DNA from: Psychrobacter sp. DM4
Lineage (GTDB): Bacteria > Pseudomonadota > Gammaproteobacteria > Pseudomonadales > Moraxellaceae
Reading direction: 5' to 3'
NCBI RefSeq assembly: GCF_051307035.1
Contig: NZ_CP195536.1
Location: 720,001-752,000, forward strand
Length of the DNA: 32,000 nt
The notes beneath the pieces were generated by a model that was not told the DNA's origin, searched no databases, and saw only the letters and a program-made list of their open reading frames with translations. The translations under genes were made by a program, and so were the position numbers. Positions 1-8,262 of this stretch are shown one piece after another (positions within the stretch are counted from its first letter, which is position 1; each line of letters opens with the position of its first letter).

Positions 1-985
1 TAAGATTATAGGCAAATACCTTTTTATCAAGTTCACTGTAGTCTGAGATACGAGTATAGATATCTGGCGCAATATCAACGACGGTATCGCTGTGAATTAA
101 CTCACGGCGCAATTGTTTGATTAGTACTTGATAATGACGCAGCACAGCATTGGCATGCATCAGTACTGCCATTTCAGTCGTCTCATGCGTGACAAACGGA
201 TTGCCGTCTCTATCACCGCCTATCCAAGAGCCAAAACTAACAAAGGCCGGCAAGGGATAGTCAGTGAGCTCAGGATAAATATCGACTAAGGCGTTTTTTA
301 TGTTGCGGTACACTTTGGGAATAGCGGTGAATAAACTGGCATTAAAATAGTGTAGACCGTTATTGATCTCATCATAAACGAGAGGTTTACGAGTACGCAC
401 CTCATCTGATGACCATAACAGATCGATGGTTTCAGCGGTTTTTTGCTTGGCTTGCTCAAACGCTAGGCTATCCTCAGAGACATGATTGAGCGCATCACTA
501 TGCTCATAGAGCGTCTGCAAAATGTTCATTGTCGTGCGTCTGCGCGCCTCAGTGGGGTGAGCGGTAAACACGGGGATAAATTTGAGCTGATCGATAAGCG
601 CTTTGATTTGGTCAGGTGCGATATTGCGCTCACGGCATTCTAGTAGAGTGCGGCGAAAGGAACCCTCCCAGCTCTGATTGGACTCTGCACGCATAACTCG
701 GCGCTGTTCACGTAGATGATTTTCTTCGGTTAAATTCGCCAAAAAAAAGTAAATTGAAAAAGCTCGAATGACATTTTTTAAGGTTTGATTGTCTAAGGAG
801 GCAATGAGGTCAATCAGCTGCTGTTTGCTCTGCTCATTTGGTTCGCGGCGCTGTTGGATAAAGCCCTTACGCAGCGTCTCGATAGTATTTAATGTGTCTT
901 TTCCTGATTGACGAGCTATCGCCTCTCCTAAAAATGACCCTAGTAACCTGACACGTGAGCGTAATATATCGTTTTGTAATAGCAT
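1..985 (-). CDS. ppc: Phosphoenolpyruvate carboxylase, N-terminal ~328 codons (rest of the gene lies beyond the window start)
   Basis: Absent from the ORF track because it runs off the edge. Reverse-strand translation from the ATG at 985-983 reads MLLQNDILRSRVRLLGSFLGEAIARQSG..., which parallels the E. coli PEPC N-terminus. It contains the PEPC motif VFTAHPTEARRRT (about 540-600). An AAGGAGG Shine-Dalgarno (rc of 992-998) sits 5 nt upstream of the ATG. Confidence 0.9.
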   Translation of the reverse strand, partial: MLLQNDILRSRVRLLGSFLGEAIARQSGKDTLNTIETLRKGFIQQRREPNEQSKQQLIDLIASLDNQTLKNVIRAFSIYFFLANLTEENHLREQRRVMRAESNQSWEGSFRRTLLECRERNIAPDQIKALIDQLKFIPVFTAHPTEARRRTTMNILQTLYEHSDALNHVSEDSLAFEQAKQKTAETIDLLWSSDEVRTRKPLVYDEINNGLHYFNASLFTAIPKVYRNIKNALVDIYPELTDYPLPAFVSFGSWIGGDRDGNPFVTHETTEMAVLMHANAVLRHYQVLIKQLRRELIHSDTVVDIAPDIYTRISDYSELDKKVFAYNL

Positions 986-1026
986 ATTGTCCTCCTTGTT
1001 AGCCTTTTCCTAAATTCTAAGTACAA

Positions 1027-1053
1027 CATGCCTCAGTCTAGAACTGAAGCATG
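1027..1053 (-). terminator. Hairpin between the dienelactone hydrolase gene and ppc; possible weak terminator
   Basis: 11-bp stem with one mismatch (catgcctcagt / actgaagcatg) and a 5-nt loop. On the minus strand it is followed only by ttgtactt, with no proper U-tract, so its function is uncertain. Confidence 0.3.
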
Positions 1054-1109
1054 CAAAATAAAAAAAGTAACGCTAATAGCTCCATACAGAGTTGTACAAT
1101 TAGACAAAT

Positions 1110-1919
1110 CTATTTATAGCTATTTTCTAAAAAGGTCAGATAACGATTCCAAGAGCGCTCATCTGCACGCGCATTGTATCTATCAGGATTGTTAAAGTCA
1201 GTAAAGGCATGAACCGCGCCGCTATAGGTAATCATCTCATGCGCGACGTTAGCTGTCTCCAACGTTTTGCCAAGCGCAGTGAAATCTTCTAAAGGAACGG
1301 CTTCATCTGCTGTGCCATGAAAGACTAAAATCTCACCGCTAGTGGTGTTGTAATTTTGACCTGCCGGAAGCTCAAGCCCGCCGTGAAAAGGTACAAAGGC
1401 TTTTTGCTCAAAGCCTGATCGTGCAAGCTCAAGCGCAACACTACCACCGAAACAGTATCCCATCGTGGTGCCATTTCGAACATTATTGCCTTGCTGTTGA
1501 CCGACAGTTAGGGCGCCGGCAAGTAAACGGCGCATTTTGGATCTATCCTCATACAGCTCGGCGGTGAGTCTTTTTTTGTCCGCCATTTCGGTAGGACGAA
1601 TACCTGCGCCAAACATATCAGCAGCTAGGACGTTATAGCCCTCGGCAGCTAGCATATCAGCACGTTTTTTCTCGTAGTCTGTAAGCCCGTCCCAGTCATG
1701 AATAAGTAAGATAAAAGGTGCGTTCGCTTGATCAGCTTTAGCGTAATAGCCTTGATAATCTTGATTGTCTACCGTATAGGCAATGTCCTTGGTTGTGATA
1801 GCAAACGCGCTTTGACTCATAGTCAATGCTAGTACGCTAAGTGCTGCGCTACCAACTAATGAGCGATAAGTGCCTTTTGACAAGCGCGCAGATAGGGGAG
1901 TGTTTGGCAGGAGTGACAT
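1110..1919 (-). CDS. Secreted dienelactone hydrolase family protein (alpha/beta hydrolase)
   Basis: The ORF track gives 1110..2000. I prefer the internal ATG at 1919 (M28). It yields a signal peptide, MSLLPNTPLSARLSKGTYRSLVGSAALSVLALTMSQSAFA, and has an AAGAGG SD upstream. The sequence has the DLH-type nucleophile elbow GYCFGG, a HGTAD motif and a late His (GAVHAF). Confidence 0.8.
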   Translation of the reverse strand: MSLLPNTPLSARLSKGTYRSLVGSAALSVLALTMSQSAFAITTKDIAYTVDNQDYQGYYAKADQANAPFILLIHDWDGLTDYEKKRADMLAAEGYNVLAADMFGAGIRPTEMADKKRLTAELYEDRSKMRRLLAGALTVGQQQGNNVRNGTTMGYCFGGSVALELARSGFEQKAFVPFHGGLELPAGQNYNTTSGEILVFHGTADEAVPLEDFTALGKTLETANVAHEMITYSGAVHAFTDFNNPDRYNARADERSWNRYLTFLENSYK

Positions 1920-2205
1920 AAAAAGCCTCTTTGAGTGGATGATTAAAGCGTGAGTACGCTCAATAGATAACTTATATCTTATAACTTCACATAAAATCAT
2001 ACCTTATAGAATAGCTACATTACAAGCGCGAGTTATTAATATACGTTTAAGATAGAACTGGTCAAAAATAATCCCTAAACAGTGCAAAAGTTAACTAAAT
2101 ATCAACAAGGTAACCTATGTATCGACTATGTTTTTTGGGTACTATTAGTGGTCGCTCTTCTTAAAGCATATCATTAACTGAAAACCAAAAAATCTAGGAC
2201 GCCCA

Positions 2206-4293
2206 ATGAAAACCAATATAGATCATACAGACCCTGCAAACGACATGAACCCTACGCGCGGAAATGGTGGCGAGACGCACCAGCGCGCAGGTGAGGACAC
2301 CAAAGCTTTGACGACTCAGCAAGGCGTCGTTATCGCAGACAACCAAAATTCACTAAAAGCGGGTAGCCGTGGCCCAACGCTCCTAGAAGACTTTGTCCTT
2401 CGCGAAAAGATCAACCACTTTGATCATGAGCGTATCCCAGAGCGTATCGTTCATGCTCGCGGTAGTGCTGCGCACGGCTACTTTGAACTGACTGAATCAC
2501 TAGAAGAATATACGACCGCTAAAATTTTGACCGAGACTGGTAAGCAAACACCGCTCTTTACGCGTTTTTCTACCGTTGCTGGTAATAAAGGCTCAAAAGA
2601 TACGCCACGTGATGTACGCGGGTTCTCGGTAAAAGTGTATACCGAAGAGGGTAATTGGGATATCGTCGGTAATAATATGCCGATCTTCTTTATCCAAGAC
2701 GCTATCAAGTTCCCAGATTTGATCCATGCGGTCAAGCCTGAGCCAGATCGCGGTTTTCCGCAAGCGGCATCTGCTCATGATACTTTTTGGGATTTTGTGT
2801 CTCTTAGTCCTGAGACCATGCATAATCTAATCTGGCTGATGAGTGACCGTGGATTGCCTCGTAGCTTGCGTATGATGGAAGGGTTTGGTATTCATAGTTA
2901 TCGTCTTCTAGACAAAGACGGCAAAAGTACCTTTGTTCGTTTTCACTGGAAACCAGTACTCGGTGTTCAATCAACAACGTGGGATGAAGCAGTAAAAATC
3001 TCAGGCGCTGATCCTGATTATCATCGCCGTGATCTATATGAAGCTATCGACAATGAAGATTATCCAGAGTGGGAGTTTGGGGTTCAGCTCTTTACAGAGG
3101 AAGAAGCCAACGATTTTCCATTTGATCATTTAGATGCGACCAAGCTTATTCCTGAGGAAACTGTACCTGTCAAGATTATTGGTAAGATGGTATTAAACCG
3201 TAATGTTGATAACTTTTTTGCAGAAACCGAACAAGTGGCCTTTTGTCCATCACATCTACCCCCCGGTATTGATTTTAGTAATGACCCATTACTACAAGGT
3301 CGCTTATTTAGCTACTTAGATACGCAGCTTTCACGTTTGGGTTCACCAAACTTCGCACAAATTCCTATTAATGCGCCAAAATGTCCGTTTGCTAATAACC
3401 AACAAGATGGTCATATGCAAATGCAAGTGCCAAAGACTCGTGTACTGTATGAGCCACAAAGCTTAGATCCAACGCGCCCACGCGAAAGCGTTAAAAAGGG
3501 TTTTGAGTCATACGCTGAGCGCTTAGATGATGGCGTCAAAGGTCGCGTACGTGCTGAAAGCTTTGCAGACCATTATAGCCAACCTCGCATGTTCTATCGT
3601 AGTCAAACCTCAGCGGGACAAGCTCATATCGCTTCCGCCTATGCATTTGAGCTCGGTAAAGTAGACACCGCCCACGTGCGAGTGCGTACGCTTAGTCATT
3701 TGCTTAATATCGATGAAGATTTGGCAAATCGTGTTGCTACAGCGCTCGGTATGGAGCTACCAAAAGCGGCTGATCCAGCAGCACCAGTACTAGATATGAA
3801 TATCTCAAAAGCGGTTCAGACTATTGGTCTATCACCTAAGACTCTCAAAGGTCGTCTAGTCGGAATTTTGGTAGCTGAAGGATCTAGCCACAGTGAAATT
3901 GAGAAGTTCGAAAAAGCAGCTGTCGCTGCTGGTGCTAGTGTCAAGATTGTTTCACCAAATAAAGAAGTCAAGTTAGATGATGGCACTCGTATACAAGCTG
4001 ACGAGCGTCTCGCTGGTGGTCCCTCAGTGCTGTTTGACGCTATTGTAAGCATTATTATGCATCCACCAGCTAAAAAGCTTGCAAAAGACAGCGCTGCATT
4101 AGACTGGTTCACCGATGCTTATGCACATTGCAAAGCCATCGCCTATTGCCCTGCAACTAAAGAACATATATTGAGTAAACTGCCGATTGAAAAAGACGCA
4201 TTTGTTACCCCGCTTGATGATGTTGATGGCTTTATCGAAAACGCCAAAACTCGTCTGTGGGAGCGTGAGCCAAAGGTACGTGACCTCGCTTAA
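2206..4293 (+). CDS. katE: Large-subunit (HPII-type) monofunctional catalase
   Basis: 695 aa. Catalase core motifs are present: [23 protein letters not shown] and [15 protein letters not shown] roughly 150-aa C-terminal flavodoxin/DJ-1-like domain, typical of clade-2 large catalases, follows. ATG start with an AGGA SD. Confidence 0.93.
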   Translation: MKTNIDHTDPANDMNPTRGNGGETHQRAGEDTKALTTQQGVVIADNQNSLKAGSRGPTLLEDFVLREKINHFDHERIPERIVHARGSAAHGYFELTESLEEYTTAKILTETGKQTPLFTRFSTVAGNKGSKDTPRDVRGFSVKVYTEEGNWDIVGNNMPIFFIQDAIKFPDLIHAVKPEPDRGFPQAASAHDTFWDFVSLSPETMHNLIWLMSDRGLPRSLRMMEGFGIHSYRLLDKDGKSTFVRFHWKPVLGVQSTTWDEAVKISGADPDYHRRDLYEAIDNEDYPEWEFGVQLFTEEEANDFPFDHLDATKLIPEETVPVKIIGKMVLNRNVDNFFAETEQVAFCPSHLPPGIDFSNDPLLQGRLFSYLDTQLSRLGSPNFAQIPINAPKCPFANNQQDGHMQMQVPKTRVLYEPQSLDPTRPRESVKKGFESYAERLDDGVKGRVRAESFADHYSQPRMFYRSQTSAGQAHIASAYAFELGKVDTAHVRVRTLSHLLNIDEDLANRVATALGMELPKAADPAAPVLDMNISKAVQTIGLSPKTLKGRLVGILVAEGSSHSEIEKFEKAAVAAGASVKIVSPNKEVKLDDGTRIQADERLAGGPSVLFDAIVSIIMHPPAKKLAKDSAALDWFTDAYAHCKAIAYCPATKEHILSKLPIEKDAFVTPLDDVDGFIENAKTRLWEREPKVRDLA

Positions 4294-4315
4294 TTGAACT
4301 TATTTTAATATATAG

Positions 4316-4342
4316 AAACCCAGCCTGAGTGCTGGGTTTTTT
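4316..4342 (+). terminator. Rho-independent terminator of katE
   Basis: aaa-cccagc-ctgagt-gctggg-tttttt, starting 23 nt after the katE stop. Confidence 0.8.
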
Positions 4343-4405
4343 GCTTTTGTAAGGCTAAATTTTTATCTGCTCAATAGTATAGTCACAAGCGTTCACTGAA
4401 TGTCA

Positions 4406-4433
4406 CTGACTATTGAAAAGCGAGGGTTATAAT
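4406..4433 (+). promoter_or_regulatory. Candidate sigma70 promoter for the MBL-fold hydrolase gene
   Basis: CTGACT (4406-4411), 16-nt spacer, perfect TATAAT (4428-4433), 58 nt upstream of the ATG at 4492. Sequence match only. Confidence 0.3.
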
Positions 4434-4491
4434 AGGGGGACTGCATTTGATGATATAAGTAGCCTGATTGAGTCAGGCATAGGGTTAGATA

Positions 4492-5274
4492 ATGGATTTA
4501 ATGAACATTGTGGCGATTGAAGGCTATATTCAGACCACTTATATTGCCGTGTACCCTGATAAGTTATTATTGCTAGACTCAGGGTGTAGATGTGATGTTG
4601 ATAATATTTTGACATACATTACTGAAGTTTTAGAGCGTCCAGTTGCGCAACTCAAAACTGTAATGGTTACCCATATGCATCCTGATCATGCTGGTGGTGC
4701 TGAATTATTAAAACAAAAAACAGGATGCCTAATAGTCAGTGCAAAATCCAAAAAAGCGTGGTACCAAGGTATTTTGGGTAGACTATCGCATTTGAACGAT
4801 CTGGGACTGACTTATTACGTGGCTAGTAGACAAGGAAAGTCAGTCGCTAACGTTTGGTATAATCCTATATTAAAAGTCGATGTTGAAGTACAAGATGGCG
4901 ACCCTATACCGAGCTTTGAGGATTGGACCGTTCTAGAAACACCAGGCCATACTGATCGCGACTTGTCGTTGTGGCATGCGCAAACTAAACAGGCCTATAC
5001 AGCAGATCTAATATTAATTATCAGAGATAAATTTGTATCTCCGTATCTAATCACCTTACCTCATGCTTACCGCGCCTCACTAAACAAGGTCAAAGCCTTG
5101 CAGCCAGAAATTATCTTACTAGCACATGATAAGCGAGCTAAAATTTGCGACAAGGATTTTGATCGTTTGATGGATAGAGCGCCACGTAAACCGCGTAAGA
5201 CCTCGTTGAGGAGCGTTTTGAGTACCGCTGTAGTAAACTCTAGGTTTGCACGAAAGAGGGTTAAAACCCCTTAG
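4492..5274 (+). CDS. MBL-fold metallo-hydrolase
   Basis: 260 aa with the metallo-beta-lactamase motif THMHPDHAGG (HxHxDH), a later TPGHT motif and a basic C-terminal tail. Substrate is not inferable. Local GC (about 38-40% in hand-counted stretches) is somewhat lower than in the neighbours. Confidence 0.8.
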   Translation: MDLMNIVAIEGYIQTTYIAVYPDKLLLLDSGCRCDVDNILTYITEVLERPVAQLKTVMVTHMHPDHAGGAELLKQKTGCLIVSAKSKKAWYQGILGRLSHLNDLGLTYYVASRQGKSVANVWYNPILKVDVEVQDGDPIPSFEDWTVLETPGHTDRDLSLWHAQTKQAYTADLILIIRDKFVSPYLITLPHAYRASLNKVKALQPEIILLAHDKRAKICDKDFDRLMDRAPRKPRKTSLRSVLSTAVVNSRFARKRVKTP

Positions 5275-5311
5275 TCAACATAGCTATCCATAACAATCGA
5301 ATTTAAGCAAT

Positions 5312-5349
5312 AAAAAAGCCCAGCCATTATAAGTAATGGCTGGGCTTTT
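5312..5349. terminator. Bidirectional rho-independent terminator (MBL gene on +, tRNA-Lys on -)
   Basis: Perfect 13-bp stem agcccagccatta / taatggctgggct with a 4-nt loop. It is flanked by A6 on the left and T4 on the right, and lies between the convergent MBL gene and tRNA-Lys copy 1. Confidence 0.85.
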
Positions 5350-5355
5350 GGTATA

Positions 5356-5431
5356 TGGTGGGCCGACCGCGACTCGAACGCGGGACCAATTGATTAAAAG
5401 TCAACTGCTCTACCAACTGAGCTATCGGCCC
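5356..5431 (-). tRNA. tRNA-Lys (anticodon UUU), copy 1, CCA encoded
   Basis: Hand-folded cloverleaf from the reverse complement: GGGCCGA-TA-GCTC-AGTTGGTA-GAGC-A-GTTGA-CTTTTAA-TCAAT-TGGTC-CCGCG-TTCGAGT-CGCGG-TCGGCCC-A-CCA. Length 76 nt, all stems pair, anticodon loop CU-UUU-AA. Confidence 0.95.
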
Positions 5432-5451
5432 TGAGCGAGGATAAAACGAAG

Positions 5452-5497
5452 CACTGCTTCGTCCGAGCGCAAGAGAATTTACATTGTCGTAAATTCT
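5452..5497. repeat. Degenerate copy (a) of the hairpin-bearing repeat core, immediately upstream of tRNA-Lys copy 1
   Basis: cactgc...cgcaagagaattt aligns with the core cactgcaattttagcttcgcaagaataattt. It ends in a 9-bp hairpin agaatttac-attgtc-gtaaattct (5474-5497). Confidence 0.6.
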
Positions 5498-5604
5498 AAA
5501 AGCTATATATCCAAACTAGGTTTAGAACTAACACACTGCAATTTTAGCTTCGCAAGAATAATTTCCTTAAAGGGAAATTATGTAAAACTCAACACCTTGA
5601 CGAT
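5491..5604. repeat. Long repeat, copy A (contains core copy b and hairpin 5558-5581)
   Basis: 5491-5564 is 74/74 identical to 5832-5905. Similarity then continues in diverged form to the shared ttgacgat (5597-5604 vs 5930-5937). Confidence 0.9.
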
Positions 5605-5668
5605 GCCTTTACGACTCATTAATCAACTACCGGATAGGGCAGAACAAATAACAAGCATACTACTAAAA

Positions 5669-5744
5669 TGGTGGGCCGACCGCGACTCGAACGCGGGACC
5701 AATTGATTAAAAGTCAACTGCTCTACCAACTGAGCTATCGGCCC
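5669..5744 (-). tRNA. tRNA-Lys (anticodon UUU), copy 2, CCA encoded
   Basis: 76/76 identical to copy 1 and located 313 bp away on the same strand. Confidence 0.95.
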
Positions 5745-5764
5745 TGAGAAGCGTTAAAAAATTG

Positions 5765-5819
5765 CACTGCAATTTTAGCTTCGCAAGAATAATTTCCTTA
5801 AAGGAAAATTATGTAAAAC
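5765..5819. repeat. Short repeat copy (c) of the core plus hairpin, immediately upstream of tRNA-Lys copy 2
   Basis: 54/55 identical to 5534-5588. The single G-to-A change falls inside the right arm of the hairpin. Confidence 0.9.
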
Positions 5820-5831
5820 ACTAAATGTTAA

Positions 5832-5937
5832 AAATTCTAAAAGCTATATATCCAAACTAGGTTTAGAACTAACACACTGCAATTTTAGCTTCGCAAGAAT
5901 AATTTACTTGAAGGTAAATTTCTTACAACTTGACGAT
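5832..5937. repeat. Long repeat, copy B (contains core copy d and hairpin 5901-5920)
   Basis: See copy A. The hairpin here is aatttac-ttgaag-gtaaatt instead of aatttcc-ttaaag-ggaaatt. Confidence 0.9.
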
Positions 5938-6183
5938 ATCTCATTAAAAAAATCAGTTCACAAACGAATACCTGCTCATTTGTAATATGAATTTTCTAAC
6001 TCACACCCAGAGATATTCTATCCCTAAACGTGAGAGCACATTATATATATTATTGGGATAAATACAACCCCAAGACCGCAAAAAAAGGTGATTCCTAAGT
6101 AAACTAGACAACGAGTTTCAAATTTATAGGCTATTTACTTCGCTGTAGCTTTAGTCAAGCTAAACACCTTAACAGGTAGACTA

Positions 6184-8178
6184 TCAATCTCTAGACAGTG
6201 CTTCAACAGGATCAAGTCTGGCGGCGTTACGGGCAGGCAAGAAGCCAAAAATGATACCAATTAGCGTTGAGCAGATAAAGGCCGCTATGATAGAGGTAGG
6301 AGAGTAGATAACTTTGAAGCTATCACCGCCAACGCTATTGATCAGCTCGCCTATAGCGAATGCTAAGCCAATGCCTAATAATCCGCCCAAAATACAAACC
6401 AATACAGCCTCGATTAAGAACTGTTGCAAAATATCGTTTTGGCGTGCACCAACTGCCATGCGTACACCAATCTCATTGGTGCGTTCAGTCACAGACACTA
6501 GCATAATATTCATCACACCAATACCACCAACTACCAATGCAATAACTGCGATAGCTGAGATGAGTAAGGTTAAGGCGGTCGTCGTCGACTCAATAGTTTC
6601 ACGAATGGAGTCTGAATTTCGTATCCGAAAATCATCAGTGCCATGTCGACCAATCATCAAGGTAGAAATAGCAGATTCAGCAGCAGTGGACGATATATTA
6701 TTATCAATAAGCGCCACAAAACTTTCTATATTTGTGCCCCCAACCAATCGTGACATCATCGTCGTATAAGGCATATAGAATGTTGGTGTATCTGTATTTC
6801 TAAAACCACTATTATTTTCTTCGAGCACTCCAACGATACGACCAGGAACACTACCGATAAGAACAACTTCGCCAATAGGATTAGCGTTATCTGGAAAAAA
6901 AGTAGTCAAAGCACTATTATCGATGACAACGTCTTGTGTACGCCGCGAGATACTTTGCTCATCAAATCCTTGACCTAGGGCTAAGCTCTCACCATTAACG
7001 TCAAAATAGTCTTTGCCTACGCCACTAACGGAAGCGGCTTCTTGTACATTGCGGTAGCGCACACTTAAGTTGCTGTCGAGCTGCGGACTAACACTGATGA
7101 CATAAGGCTGATCGGCAACCGCCTGTGCATCATCTGGGGTTAAGTTATCATCCGCAAAACTTCGTCTAGGGTCGCCGTAAGGATAGCCGTCAGAGACAGT
7201 AATCGTATTGGTACCTAGTGAGCTAATATTAGATAGTATCTGCTCTTGTGAGCCTTTACCCAGTCCCACAACTGAAACAACAGAGGCGATACCAATAATA
7301 ATACCTAACATAGTGAGCAAGGTACGCATCTTATGAGCGCGCATCGCTAGCAACGACATTTTGAAAGCTTCAAATAAGCGGTCGATAAAGCTACCAAAAG
7401 CACTTTTTCGATGTTGATCGAGAATAGGCTCGGGTTGAGTGTTCGTTGGGTTGTAGTGCTCTGTCTTATAATCCGCAATCTTGTAACCATCTTTTAGCTC
7501 GATCACACGTTCAGCTTGCTCGGCTAAATTGGGATCGTGCGTTACCATAATGATGGTATGACCTTGAGCTTTTAGATCATGCAAAATTTGCATGACATCA
7601 TCGCCAGACTTACTGTCTAGTGCACCAGTCGGCTCATCCGCTAAGATAATATCGCCGCCATTCATAAGGGCGCGAGCAATAGAGACCCGTTGCTGTTGAC
7701 CACCAGAGAGCTGATTAGGACGATTGCGAATCTTGTCTGCTAGTCCCAGATCTGAAAGCAATTTTTCGGCGCGATCGCTGCGTGCCTGCCCATCCATACC
7801 AGCGTATACAGCAGGTACAGAGACGTTGTCTTGAGCACTAATATCGCCTAATAAATGATAACGCTGGAAAATGAAACCAAAGTGCTCACGGCGTAGCTCT
7901 GCAAGCTCATCTGCATCGAGTTTACTCACTGATTTACCAAATATTTTATAGTCGCCAGCACTAGCTTGATCTAAGCAGCCCAAAATATTCATCAAAGTGG
8001 ACTTGCCAGAACCTGACTGCCCGATGATTGCGACCATCTCACCTTGATTGATAGTCAAGTCTATATCGTGTAGCACGCGAATCGTTTGTTCACCCGCTCT
8101 AAACTCTTTGATCAGTCCCTTAACTTGCATTAATGGAACGTCTGCTGTGGTATCTACGATAAGAGACTTAGTATCCAT
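6184..8178 (-). CDS. macB: MacB-type ABC transporter, fused ATPase and FtsX-like permease (macrolide/peptide export)
   Basis: 664 aa. The N-terminal ABC domain has Walker A GQSGSGKST, signature LSGGQQQR and Walker B IILADEPT, plus the conserved block GFIFQRYHLL. A four-TM permease with a large periplasmic domain follows. It is collinear with E. coli MacB. Confidence 0.92.
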   Translation of the reverse strand: MDTKSLIVDTTADVPLMQVKGLIKEFRAGEQTIRVLHDIDLTINQGEMVAIIGQSGSGKSTLMNILGCLDQASAGDYKIFGKSVSKLDADELAELRREHFGFIFQRYHLLGDISAQDNVSVPAVYAGMDGQARSDRAEKLLSDLGLADKIRNRPNQLSGGQQQRVSIARALMNGGDIILADEPTGALDSKSGDDVMQILHDLKAQGHTIIMVTHDPNLAEQAERVIELKDGYKIADYKTEHYNPTNTQPEPILDQHRKSAFGSFIDRLFEAFKMSLLAMRAHKMRTLLTMLGIIIGIASVVSVVGLGKGSQEQILSNISSLGTNTITVSDGYPYGDPRRSFADDNLTPDDAQAVADQPYVISVSPQLDSNLSVRYRNVQEAASVSGVGKDYFDVNGESLALGQGFDEQSISRRTQDVVIDNSALTTFFPDNANPIGEVVLIGSVPGRIVGVLEENNSGFRNTDTPTFYMPYTTMMSRLVGGTNIESFVALIDNNISSTAAESAISTLMIGRHGTDDFRIRNSDSIRETIESTTTALTLLISAIAVIALVVGGIGVMNIMLVSVTERTNEIGVRMAVGARQNDILQQFLIEAVLVCILGGLLGIGLAFAIGELINSVGGDSFKVIYSPTSIIAAFICSTLIGIIFGFLPARNAARLDPVEALSRD

Positions 8179-8262
8179 TTACACCATTGCCTATATTAAT
8201 CTATCACTCAAAAAGTGCTTGCTCACAGCTCGTCGCTGATATCTCATTGCTAATGTCTCTGA

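Noticed and set aside
1110-5431. A possible genomic island (dienelactone hydrolase, katE, MBL hydrolase) inserted next to the tRNA-Lys genes. The MBL gene also looks somewhat AT-richer.
   Set aside because: There is no integrase, no mobility gene and no partial tRNA 3'-end direct repeat in 1-5355. The GC difference is small and based only on hand counts of a few 60-nt lines. The evidence is insufficient.
6036-6066. An AT-rich stretch, gcacattatatatattattgggataaat, downstream of macB that superficially resembles a dif/XerCD site.
   Set aside because: Aligned to the dif consensus GGTGCGCATAA-TGTATA-TTATGTTAAAT, the XerD arm matches only TTAT and the spacing does not fit.
6314-6769. Long ORFs in the track lying antisense to or nested within recognised genes. 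Examples are 6314-6769 (151 aa, antisense to macB), 22956-23330 (124 aa, antisense to hemB), 27769-28089, 23975-24286, 3816-4112, 12656-12952 and 15098-15394.
   Set aside because: Each is fully contained in a gene with strong family motifs on the other strand or frame. Their translations are low-complexity or Ser/Thr/Ala/Arg-rich mirror sequences, and I found no SD or promoter. These are typical shadow ORFs.
8179-8187. A two-codon mini-ORF, ATG-GTG-TAA, abutting the macB ATG (ATGGTGTAAATG on the minus strand). It is reminiscent of leader-peptide control of macrolide-resistance genes.
   Set aside because: It is too short to act as a stalling leader, no alternative RNA structures are evident in the 84-nt spacer, and MacB-type pumps are not known to be regulated this way. 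It is most likely coincidence.
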